Positions 1 to 7,376 of a DNA stretch of 10,158 bases are shown piece by piece. Position 1 is the first letter of the stretch. Every line of letters starts with the position of its first letter. Both the position numbers and the translations under genes were made by a program. A model generated the notes under the pieces. That model was not told the origin of the DNA. It did no database searches and saw only the letters and a program-made list of their open reading frames with translations. Source of the DNA: a bacterium (GTDB lineage Bacteria > Zhuqueibacterota > Zhuqueibacteria > Oceanimicrobiales > Oceanimicrobiaceae); contig JBHHXT010000180.1 of NCBI GenBank assembly GCA_046757165.1, positions 1-10,158 on the forward strand, read 5' to 3'.

Positions 1-1
1 T

Positions 2-254
2 ATGATTGCAGAAATATTCAATCTACAAAATCCCTGGCGCTCTGACGCCTCGTTTTCATTCCATCTCAAGCCGAGAGCGATTTTGCCAAAGCTGTTGGAG
101 AATCTCGCGAACAAGAGGATTCTCAGTTTGATAGGCAGCCGCCAGGTCGGGAAAAGCTCATTGCTCTATTTGATGATTGAATTCCATAAAAAAACATTAT
201 CCGGACATCGAAACCAGGATTGTTTCTAATTCAGAATTTGTGCACGGCCTCTGA
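2..254 (+). pseudogene. Remnant of an AAA+ ATPase (AAA_14/DUF4143, COG1373-like), apparently with a large internal deletion
   Basis: ORF 2-229 starts with QNPWR and has a Walker A (LIGSRQVGKSSL) typical of this family, but stops at 75 aa with no Walker B. An overlapping frame 177-254 reads LNSIKKHYPDIETRIVSNSEFVHGL*, which resembles the C-terminal tail of such ATPases, and its TGA (252-254) abuts a hairpin at 255. Confidence 0.75.
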
Positions 255-284
255 ACCTGGCGTGGGGCGAGACCCTCGCCAGGT
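255..284. repeat. REP-like hairpin, divergent copy A
   Basis: ACCTGGCG-T-GGG-[GCGAGA]-CCC-T-CGCCAGGT: 11-bp stem with one T-T mismatch. About 23/31 identical to 7493-7523 with one gap. Confidence 0.6.
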
Positions 285-325
285 GGGAGGCAAGCTTATG
301 GTGCCGCCCGGCACTCCCTACTGCA

Positions 326-340
326 GCAAAATCATTTTGC
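326..340. promoter_or_regulatory. Perfect 7-1-7 palindrome, candidate transcription factor site
   Basis: GCAAAAT-C-ATTTTGC in the non-coding region, about 105 bp upstream of the TTGACA hexamer. Confidence 0.35.
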
Positions 341-445
341 GACTGGCAACGAAAGCTTCTTCCATTTTCACTTGCAAAAAGTACATACCGCTCGCCACCA
401 ATTCACCGCTTCCGTCAAAAAAAACAAAAGTGACTTAAAAAGTTC

Positions 446-474
446 TTGACATTGATGCCGGGAATATGTAAATA
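446..474 (+). promoter_or_regulatory. Putative sigma70-type promoter of the operon
   Basis: Perfect -35 TTGACA at 446-451, A-rich tracts upstream (about 417-441), and an imperfect -10 (TAAATA, 469-474) at 17-bp spacing within a very AT-rich stretch. Confidence 0.55.
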
Positions 475-530
475 GTGTTAAATATCGAACTAACGGTAAT
501 AAAAGTTTTTACGGATTTAATAGGCGCGTC

Positions 531-575
531 ACCGAACACCCTTACGAAGGTTCCGAACCATCGCAAGGGTTCGGT
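531..575. repeat. REP-like hairpin, copy B, in the presumed 5' leader of the operon
   Basis: Core 538-570 ACCCTTACGAAGGTT-CCG-AACCATCGCAAGGGT (15-bp stem, 2 mismatches), extended by ACCGA/TCGGT. 27/33 identical to 7492-7524. Confidence 0.8.
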
Positions 576-608
576 CTTAAAAGCTGTTCCACCTTTCAAG
601 AGATCATC

Positions 609-1499
609 GTGTTTTTGCAGATTCTGTGGCTTCCAATTCTTTTGTTGTCAAATGAATTCTTGTCGAAGGAACCGGTGCAGATGGCAGCTCAAACGGAGAG
701 TCCCGGGAAAGCGGCTCGAGTAGAAGTAAACGGGATTCAACTTTATTATGAGATCTCAGGAAGCGGTCCTTATCTTGTTTTGATCGAGGGGCTGGGGGTT
801 GCAACCTGGCTGTGGGAGCGGCAGGCAGTGGATTTTGCCAATCATTTCACGACTGTTGTTTATGACAATCGCGGCGTCGGCAAATCCGGCAAACCGCCGG
901 GTCCGTACTCTATCAGCATGATGGCCGACGACCTTGCCGGGTTGATGCAGGCGCTGAAGATTCCCAAAGCCCACATTCTCGGAGTCTCGATGGGTGGGTT
1001 TATTGCTCAGGACTTCGCGCTGCGCTATCCCGACAAAGTGGACAAACTGGTCCTGGTTTCGACCAGTGCCGGGGGCCCGGACCATGTCCCGATGTCGCAA
1101 GAAACGCTTACGGCGATGTTTAGTCATGAAGGGTCGGCGCGCGATGTCATTCGCAGGAAACTTGCCCTGGCCTTTTCGGACGCATTCATGCAGACTCCCG
1201 AAGTAGAGCATCTTATCGACCTGCGGCTCGAGGATCCGCAACCGCAGGCAGCTTTCATGGCCCAGGTCGCTGCGGGGACGCGGTTCAATCTCTCCGACAA
1301 GGTAGGGGAGATCAGCGTGCCCTGCCTCATCGCAGCCGCGACGGGAGATGTTGTCGTCCCGGTAGCGAACGCGTACAACCTGGCGAAGAGAATCCCCAAC
1401 AGTCAGTTGCGGATCTACGACGGGCTTGGTCATCAATTCTTTGTCGAAAGCCCGGAGCCATTCAATCAGGATGTTATTGAGTTTCTCACCGAGAACTAA
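609..1499 (+). CDS. Alpha/beta fold hydrolase (esterase / enol-lactonase-like)
   Basis: Motifs: oxyanion region LIEGLG, YDNRGVGKS, nucleophile elbow GVSMGG, acid Asp (TGDVVVP) and His (GLGHQF). Start is uncertain: GTG 609 adds a short hydrophobic leader; GTG 675 or ATG 681 follow AAGGA at 666-670. Confidence 0.93.
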   Translation: MFLQILWLPILLLSNEFLSKEPVQMAAQTESPGKAARVEVNGIQLYYEISGSGPYLVLIEGLGVATWLWERQAVDFANHFTTVVYDNRGVGKSGKPPGPYSISMMADDLAGLMQALKIPKAHILGVSMGGFIAQDFALRYPDKVDKLVLVSTSAGGPDHVPMSQETLTAMFSHEGSARDVIRRKLALAFSDAFMQTPEVEHLIDLRLEDPQPQAAFMAQVAAGTRFNLSDKVGEISVPCLIAAATGDVVVPVANAYNLAKRIPNSQLRIYDGLGHQFFVESPEPFNQDVIEFLTEN

Positions 1500-1511
1500 T
1501 TGGGGAAATCC

Positions 1512-2048
1512 ATGGATCAGCTTCAGAATGCCATTGTTGAAGATTTCGGCAGCGGGTATGTCAAATTTGGTCACAGCGAATTGCTCGGCCGGGTCGTGGG
1601 GTTGCTGCTCTGTACAGACACGCCGCTTACCGAGGAACAGATCAGCCAGGAGTTGCATGTCAGCAAAAGTCCCATCAATCAGATTACCAGACGATTGGAA
1701 CAGCTCAATTTGGTCCGCCGAGTCCGGTTGCAAGGCGATCGCAAGTTCTACTACCAGGTCTCATCGGATTTGTTCCTTCAAGCTGGAATCAATCTCTCTC
1801 GCCTCTATGAAGACAACTTACGCATCGCAGAAACCCATTTGCAGGTGGTCCTGGAGAAGTATCGAACCGCCGAAGCTGAAGAGCGGGCAAAGCTCGGGAT
1901 CATTGCCGAGCGTCTGATCAAGATGCGGGAGTTCCATCTCCGGCAGGTCCAGTCCTATGAACGATTCATCGGCGAATGGCGAACCGCCAAGATGAATTTG
2001 CCGACCGTCGAGGAATACGCAGAAAGACTCCAGGTGAGTGCGGCTTGA
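1512..2048 (+). CDS. GbsR/MarR-family winged-helix transcriptional regulator
   Basis: Pattern FG..GR..GLLL....PLT.EQISQEL.VSKSPINQITRRLEQLNLVRR...GDRKFYY followed by a helical C-terminus. ATG 1512 has GGGGA 5 nt upstream and is preferred over TTG 1500. Confidence 0.9.
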   Translation: MDQLQNAIVEDFGSGYVKFGHSELLGRVVGLLLCTDTPLTEEQISQELHVSKSPINQITRRLEQLNLVRRVRLQGDRKFYYQVSSDLFLQAGINLSRLYEDNLRIAETHLQVVLEKYRTAEAEERAKLGIIAERLIKMREFHLRQVQSYERFIGEWRTAKMNLPTVEEYAERLQVSAA

Positions 2049-2070
2049 ACGTCAAGCCGGCGACGTCGCC
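2041..2070. promoter_or_regulatory. Two adjoining palindromes between the regulator and hydrolase 2
   Basis: CGGCTTGA-ACG-TCAAGCCG (2041-2059, perfect 8-bp arms, covers the regulator stop codon) and GGCGACGTCGCC (2059-2070, perfect 12-mer). Confidence 0.4.
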
Positions 2071-2075
2071 TCAAA

Positions 2076-2948
2076 ATGAGAGTTCAAATGAATGGTGCTT
2101 GGGTAAACGTAGATGGTGTTCGGATCTATGTGGAAAGAAAAGGAAGCGGCGCGCCCCTGCTTCTGATCCCGGGCCTCGGCGCGGGGACGTGGCTGTGGCG
2201 CAGGAGTGCGGCCGCCTTAGCGCGGGAGTTTAAGCTGATCATGCCCGAGCTGCGGGGAAGCGGCAGGTCGGACAAACCCGACCACCGCTATTCTATTGCA
2301 CTTTTTGCTGCGGACCTGGTCGGCCTGCTAACGGAGATGGGCATTTCCAAAGCTCACCTCCTCGGTGTCTCCATGGGGGGGTTTGTTGCACAATATTTGG
2401 CCGCGAAATATCCTGAAAAGGTCATCTCGCTCATTTTGGCTGCGACCTCACCTGGCGGGGATGAGGCGATCGGACCCGACGGCGATGTGCTGAGCCGCAC
2501 GATTCGACCGAGAGGAAAGACCCGGAAAGAACGTCTGGAAGATGGCTACGCCTTCAACTTCACGCCGGAATTCATACGCCGCAATCCTGAGCAGCTCGAG
2601 CGCATCACAGCGTGGCGGACTCAGTACCCACAAGCGGAATTTGCCTATTACAGGCAGCTGCTGGCGGGGAACGCCTATGACGGCACGGGCGTTGCCCGGG
2701 ATATTTCCGTTCCGACGCTCATCTGCGCTGGCAAAGAGGACCCACTGGTTCCTCTCGATGACGTCTTTCTACTGCAGGAAAAAATTCCGCACGCAGCCCT
2801 GAAAATATTCGAGGGCAAGCATCTTTTCTTTTTCGAGCACTATCGGGAATTCAACCGTGAGATTCTCGATTTTCTCAAAAAGGTCAGGGCCGACCGGGAG
2901 GATGAAACCGTGAACAGTGTGACATCTTTGCGTCAATCAGAGGCCTAG
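2076..2948 (+). CDS. Alpha/beta fold hydrolase, paralogue of 609-1499
   Basis: Motifs LIPGLG, ELRGSGRSDKP, GVSMGG, Asp (GKEDPLVP) and His (EGKHLF). Alternative start ATG 2088. Confidence 0.93.
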   Translation: MRVQMNGAWVNVDGVRIYVERKGSGAPLLLIPGLGAGTWLWRRSAAALAREFKLIMPELRGSGRSDKPDHRYSIALFAADLVGLLTEMGISKAHLLGVSMGGFVAQYLAAKYPEKVISLILAATSPGGDEAIGPDGDVLSRTIRPRGKTRKERLEDGYAFNFTPEFIRRNPEQLERITAWRTQYPQAEFAYYRQLLAGNAYDGTGVARDISVPTLICAGKEDPLVPLDDVFLLQEKIPHAALKIFEGKHLFFFEHYREFNREILDFLKKVRADREDETVNSVTSLRQSEA

Positions 2949-2951
2949 GTC

Positions 2952-4490
2952 ATGCACCTTGGGGACTATTTGGCTCGACGGTGTGTTTACACCCCGGCGC
3001 GGGTGGCGCTTGTGGATGCCGGCCCTCGGCCGCCGGCGCGGTACACTTACGCGGCGCTGAACGGGCGCGCCAACCGCCTTGCTCAGTGGCTGAGCCGAAA
3101 TGGCATCGAAAAGGGCGACCGCGTTGCCATGCTCGCCGGCGATGGCATCCATTATTATGAGGCATTTTTTGCCTGCGGCAAGCTGGGCGCGGTCTTCGTA
3201 CCCTACAATTGGCGGCTGCACCCGCGGGAAGTTGAAAGCCAGATCAAACTTACGACCCCCGCGATCCTGTTTCACACTCTGGATAAGCCTTTGGACTCGA
3301 TCGTCGACCACCTGCAAAAATGCCAGGGCATGCCACAAATGGTGCCGCTCACTGATCTCGAGAATCTCAATCAAGAGAGCGAGCTGACCAAAACCGAAGC
3401 GGTGGCATGCGAATCATTGACCGAAACGGACACCGCCTGTCTGCTCTTTACCGGCGGTACCACGGGCGCGCCGAAGGCGGCACAAATCAGCCATCGACAA
3501 GTTGTCTGGAACACCCTCAACGCCCTGCTCGCTGACGTTTTGGGCTCGGATACGTTTATCAATATTTTTCCCATGTTTCATGCCGGTGGGCTGTTTGCCT
3601 TTTCGATCCCTTTGTTGATTTTGGGTGGAACGGTTGTCCAGACCCGGAAATTCGACCCCGAAAAAGTCCTGAGCCTGATCGAAAGCGAGCAGGCAACCCT
3701 CTTTGCTGGCGTTCCAACAACATTCCACATGCTGAAGTCAGCGCCGAATTGGAAGAAAGCTGATTTGAGCTCTTTGCGATACTGTCTGAGTGGCGGGGCG
3801 CCCCTGCCGGTGGGTTTGATCAAGCAATATAAGGAAGAAAAGGGTGTCGTCTTCCGCCAGGGCTTTGGGCTCACCGAGTTCGGGCCTGACGCTTTTTCGC
3901 TTGCAAGTGAAGACGCGGAGCGCAAGGCCGGGTCCATCGGCAAGCCCAATTTCTTCGTCGACGCCCGGGTGGTGGACCCCGGGACCAACCAGCCGCTCGG
4001 CTCCGGTCAGGTCGGCGAGCTGACGTTGCGTGGCCCCGTGGCCACGACGGGTTATTTTTCCAACCCCGCAGCCACGGAGGCTGCCTTTGATTCCGAAAAC
4101 TATTTTCACACCGGCGACCTCGCGTATGTCGACGACGAGGGCTACTTCTTTATCGTCGACAGGCTGAAGGAGATGTACATCAGCGGCGGCGAAAACGTCT
4201 ATCCGGCCGAGATCGAGGCCGTGCTGTACACCCACCCCGGGGTCGAGATGTGCGCGGTCATCGGTGTGGATGATGAGAGGTGGGGACAGGTGGGATGTGG
4301 TTTTGTCGTGCCGAGTCAGAGCTGGAAACCAGATGAAGGGGTGCTGCTCGCTTATCTGCGCGAGAATTTGGCCAAATATAAAGTACCCAAAACCATCATT
4401 TTTCGGCAGAGCTTGCCATTGTCCGGGGCGGGCAAGATTCTCAAAACCCGGTTGCGAAAGCTGGTTGCAGAGGAAGAGTTCCGTGATTGA
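2952..4490 (+). CDS. AMP-forming acyl-CoA synthetase / long-chain fatty acid-CoA ligase-like (ANL family)
   Basis: P-loop LLFTGGTTGAPKAA, GFGLTE, FHTGD, SGGENVYPAEIE and C-terminal GKILK. 512 aa; starts 3 nt after the hydrolase 2 stop. Confidence 0.95.
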   Translation: MHLGDYLARRCVYTPARVALVDAGPRPPARYTYAALNGRANRLAQWLSRNGIEKGDRVAMLAGDGIHYYEAFFACGKLGAVFVPYNWRLHPREVESQIKLTTPAILFHTLDKPLDSIVDHLQKCQGMPQMVPLTDLENLNQESELTKTEAVACESLTETDTACLLFTGGTTGAPKAAQISHRQVVWNTLNALLADVLGSDTFINIFPMFHAGGLFAFSIPLLILGGTVVQTRKFDPEKVLSLIESEQATLFAGVPTTFHMLKSAPNWKKADLSSLRYCLSGGAPLPVGLIKQYKEEKGVVFRQGFGLTEFGPDAFSLASEDAERKAGSIGKPNFFVDARVVDPGTNQPLGSGQVGELTLRGPVATTGYFSNPAATEAAFDSENYFHTGDLAYVDDEGYFFIVDRLKEMYISGGENVYPAEIEAVLYTHPGVEMCAVIGVDDERWGQVGCGFVVPSQSWKPDEGVLLAYLRENLAKYKVPKTIIFRQSLPLSGAGKILKTRLRKLVAEEEFRD

Positions 4491-5532
4491 GCTGAACCCG
4501 CCGGTCGGCATTGTCAGTACGGGCATGTACTTGCCTGCGACTTTCATGACCGCCGCTGAGATTGCGCAAGAGAGCGGTCTGCCTGAATGGGTCGTGCGTG
4601 AAAAACTCGGCATCGACAAAAAATACAGGGCCGGAGCGGACGACCACCCCAGCGAAATGGCCATTCGGGCTGCACAAGACTGCCTGTCGAAGTGTGAGAT
4701 TGCCCCTGAGGAAATTGACCTCGTTTTGTGTACGACGGAAGAATGGAAAGAACATCTCCTGTGGACGGCGGGAATCCATCTGGCACATGAAATCGGAGCC
4801 ACGAATGCCTGGGCCATGGACATCCATATGCGGTGCTGTACCACAATTGCTGCCATCAAGCAGGCAAAGGATATGATGCTTGCCAATGAGGAGATCAACA
4901 CCGTCCTGATCGCCGGCGGGTACACGGTTGCCGATTTCATCAATCTCGAGAATCAGCGCACCTCGTTTATGTTCAACATCGGCGCCGGGGCCGGGGCGCT
5001 GCTCTTGAAAAAGAACTGGCCGCGCAACCATATCCTGGGCAGCCACCTCATGAGCGACGGCAGCATGAGCAAACATGTCATCGTTCCGGCCAGCGGCACG
5101 GTGCAACACCCGACGGACGCAGCCGTGGCCGATGGCCTGTTCACCTTCGACCTGGTGGAACCGGAAGCGATGAAGAACCGGCTCAACGAGGTCTCGATGG
5201 ACAACTGGATGCACTGCATCGACGAAGCGCTGCGAAAAAGCGGCGCGAAACCGGATGGCCGCCCCTACTCGCGGGCGGATCTCACGTACTTGAACATGAT
5301 TCTGGTCAAGCCTTCTGCGCACAAGGATATGCTCGCACGTCTCGGCCTGCAGGAAGAGCAATCCGTGTATCTCAACCACATCGGCCACATCGGCGAGCAG
5401 GATAGCATCATTTCGATCATCGAGGGTGAAAAGCAGGGCAAACTCAAAGAGGGTGATTTGATGATCATGGTTGCTGCCGGGATCGGTTATGTGTGGGGAG
5501 CGGCGTGTGTGAGATGGGGAGAGGGTGGGTAA
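4483..5532 (+). CDS. 3-oxoacyl-ACP synthase III (FabH)-like protein with non-canonical catalytic residues
   Basis: GTG start overlaps the ligase stop (GTGATTGA), with GAGGA 8 nt upstream; 349 aa. N-terminal VGIVSTGMYLP, EKLGI, catalytic Cys118 in MDIHMRCCT, GHIGEQD in place of GNTSAAS, C-terminal AAGIGYVWGA. Confidence 0.92.
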   Translation: MIELNPPVGIVSTGMYLPATFMTAAEIAQESGLPEWVVREKLGIDKKYRAGADDHPSEMAIRAAQDCLSKCEIAPEEIDLVLCTTEEWKEHLLWTAGIHLAHEIGATNAWAMDIHMRCCTTIAAIKQAKDMMLANEEINTVLIAGGYTVADFINLENQRTSFMFNIGAGAGALLLKKNWPRNHILGSHLMSDGSMSKHVIVPASGTVQHPTDAAVADGLFTFDLVEPEAMKNRLNEVSMDNWMHCIDEALRKSGAKPDGRPYSRADLTYLNMILVKPSAHKDMLARLGLQEEQSVYLNHIGHIGEQDSIISIIEGEKQGKLKEGDLMIMVAAGIGYVWGAACVRWGEGG

Positions 5533-5552
5533 CGTGAGACGTGAGACGTGAA
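5532..5552 (+). repeat. Heptamer tandem repeat (ACGTGAR)x3
   Basis: ACGTGAG ACGTGAG ACGTGAA, starting on the last base of the KAS III-like stop codon. Confidence 0.85.
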
Positions 5553-5644
5553 ATGCGGCGGCGCGCGTGGTGACATGGCACGGTTCAGTCGTGTTCGGTC
5601 AAGTTTCAGAGCTCATTCCTGCGCCGGAAGAAGAAAGGAAGAGC

Positions 5645-5794
5645 TAAACGCAAGGTTTGCCAGGTTTGCGCCAGGAGCGCCCAGGAAAAAAACGAAAGAA
5701 GGGGTGACCTGGTCGATGGGTGTTCTTCTCCCTGATTGCAGCTTTGATGGCGCTCTCTGCGTTCTTAGCGTTTCCTTAGCGAACTTAGCGGTTA
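5645..5794. repeat. 150-bp element with 40-nt imperfect terminal inverted repeats built from 9-11 nt units (MITE/REPIN-like or structured RNA)
   Basis: 5645-5684 pairs without gaps to 5755-5794: 25 Watson-Crick pairs, 6 G-T and 9 mismatches. The right arm has CTTAGCG at 5764, 5775 and 5784; the left arm has recurring (C/T)GC(A/C)AGG. Confidence 0.7.
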
Positions 5795-5837
5795 ATTATT
5801 GTCAGTTATCAAATAATCCAGACGGGGTTCTGGCGAG

Positions 5838-7376
5838 ATGGCGCGGCAAGCATCACATTACGTCACGGATTGGTTGGAGAAGCGTGCAAAGCTGACGCCT
5901 GACCGCATCGGTCTGCAAGATGCGGCCAGCGGCCGGGAGTTCTCCTTTGCCGAATGGAATGAGCAAGCGAACCGGAGCGCCAATTTCCTGCGCCACCTCG
6001 GGGTTGAAAAGGGCGACCGCGTTTCGGTCTATGCGAGTAATTGTGTGGAATATCTCGATCTCTTGTTTGCCTGCGGCAAAATTGGCGCGATTCTCCACAA
6101 TCTGAACTGGCGGCTGACTGTCAAGGAGCTGGAAGGGATTGTTATCGAGGCTAGCCCAAAAGTCTTGCTCTTCTCTTCCGAGTGGGCAGGACACGCACGG
6201 GCGTTGCGTTCGCTTGTTGCGGGGATTCAGCACCTCGTATCTTTTGGAGAGCGGGCGGGGTCCGGAGAGGTGGCATTCGGGGAGCGCGAGCACTGTTCGA
6301 CACGGTTGGCCGATCGTCCGGATCTAGGCCTCGATGACCCCTGGGCCATCTTCTACACCGGAGGCACCACCGGTCTGCCCAAAGGCGCCGTCCTGACCCA
6401 CGGCAACATGACCTGGAACAGCATCAACACGGTCATGAGCTGGGGCCTCACCTGCGAGGATGTCGCGCCGCTGCAATTGCCGCTCTTTCACATCGGTGGG
6501 CCGAATATTTTTATGCTGCCATTGGTGCATGTTGGCGGGCGCACCATTCTCTGCAAAGAGTTCAACGTCGAGCAGACCTTTGATTTGATTGAAGGAGGTG
6601 GCGTCACGCACTTTGTCGGCGTTCCCACCATGTATGTGATGATGCAGCAGCACCCGCGTTGGCAGACGGCCGACTTCGCGCGGCTCGAGCTGGTCATCAG
6701 CGGAGGGGCGCCCTGTCCCCGGCCGGTCATGCAAAAATTCTGGGACAAAGGGGTTGACTTCAAGCTCGGCTACGGCCTCACCGAAGCCGCGGGAAACAAT
6801 TTCTGGCTGCCTGACAAAGATGTGGAGCGCAAACCCGGTTCGGTTGGCTTTCCGCTTTTTCATATCGATATGAAAATAATTACAGAAGCGGGCACGCCTT
6901 GCAGGCCAGGGGAGGAAGGGGAGCTGTTGATCAGAGGGCCGCATGTTTCACCCGGCTATTGGAAGCAACCGGCTGAAACCGCAAAATGTTTCAAAGACGG
7001 GTGGCTTCACACCGGGGATCTGGCAAAGCAGGACGAAGAGGGCTATTTCTACATCATTGGGCGGCGCAAGGAGATGTTTATCAGCGGCGGGGAAAATGTT
7101 TATCCGGCAGAGGTCGAAAGTGCGATGGTTGCTCATCCGGCTGTGGCTGAGGCGGCGCTCATCGGCGTCCCGCATGAAAAATGGGGAGAAGTGGGAAAAG
7201 CATTCGTTGTGTTAGAAAAAAGCCAGAGCTTGACCGAAGCAGGGTTGTTGGATTTCCTGGGGTCAAGGCTGGCGAAATACAAAATCCCCAAGTCGGTTGT
7301 CTTCATCGATGCATTGCCGAAGACGGCGGTCGGCAAGATTGACAAGAAGATTCTGGCGAAAAAACGTGAAACGTGA
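5838..7376 (+). CDS. AMP-forming acyl-CoA synthetase, paralogue of 2952-4490
   Basis: IFYTGGTTGLPKGA, GYGLTE, LHTGD, SGGENVYPAEVE and GKIDK motifs; 512 aa. Confidence 0.95.
   Translation: MARQASHYVTDWLEKRAKLTPDRIGLQDAASGREFSFAEWNEQANRSANFLRHLGVEKGDRVSVYASNCVEYLDLLFACGKIGAILHNLNWRLTVKELEGIVIEASPKVLLFSSEWAGHARALRSLVAGIQHLVSFGERAGSGEVAFGEREHCSTRLADRPDLGLDDPWAIFYTGGTTGLPKGAVLTHGNMTWNSINTVMSWGLTCEDVAPLQLPLFHIGGPNIFMLPLVHVGGRTILCKEFNVEQTFDLIEGGGVTHFVGVPTMYVMMQQHPRWQTADFARLELVISGGAPCPRPVMQKFWDKGVDFKLGYGLTEAAGNNFWLPDKDVERKPGSVGFPLFHIDMKIITEAGTPCRPGEEGELLIRGPHVSPGYWKQPAETAKCFKDGWLHTGDLAKQDEEGYFYIIGRRKEMFISGGENVYPAEVESAMVAHPAVAEAALIGVPHEKWGEVGKAFVVLEKSQSLTEAGLLDFLGSRLAKYKIPKSVVFIDALPKTAVGKIDKKILAKKRET

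Noticed and set aside
220..723. Short ORFs 220-438 and 475-723
   Set aside because: Cross hairpins and the promoter, with no RBS or motif support.
756..1733. 325-aa minus-strand ORF
   Set aside because: Antisense shadow of hydrolase 1 and the regulator; no recognisable motifs.
4264..4482. 73-codon N-terminal extension of the KAS III-like ORF
   Set aside because: Overlaps the ligase 1 C-terminus; the fold begins just after GTG 4483, which has its own RBS.
3738..5388. Long minus-strand ORFs 3738-4943 and 4441-5388
   Set aside because: Fully overlap well-supported + strand genes; typical antisense ORFs of GC-rich coding DNA.
2952..5532. Gene symbols menE, fadD, fabH or oleA
   Set aside because: No menaquinone, fatty-acid synthesis or ole operon context, and the KAS III triad is non-canonical; only family-level calls are supportable.
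5799..5812. FNR/CRP-like box TTGTC-AGTT-ATCAA before ligase 2
   Set aside because: 8/10 match in an AT-rich patch only 25 nt from the ATG, with no clear associated promoter; may be chance.
5548..5895. 115-aa ORF in the KAS III-ligase 2 spacer
   Set aside because: Translation of repeat DNA (ARFARFAP, SLANLA); overlaps the ligase 2 start out of frame.
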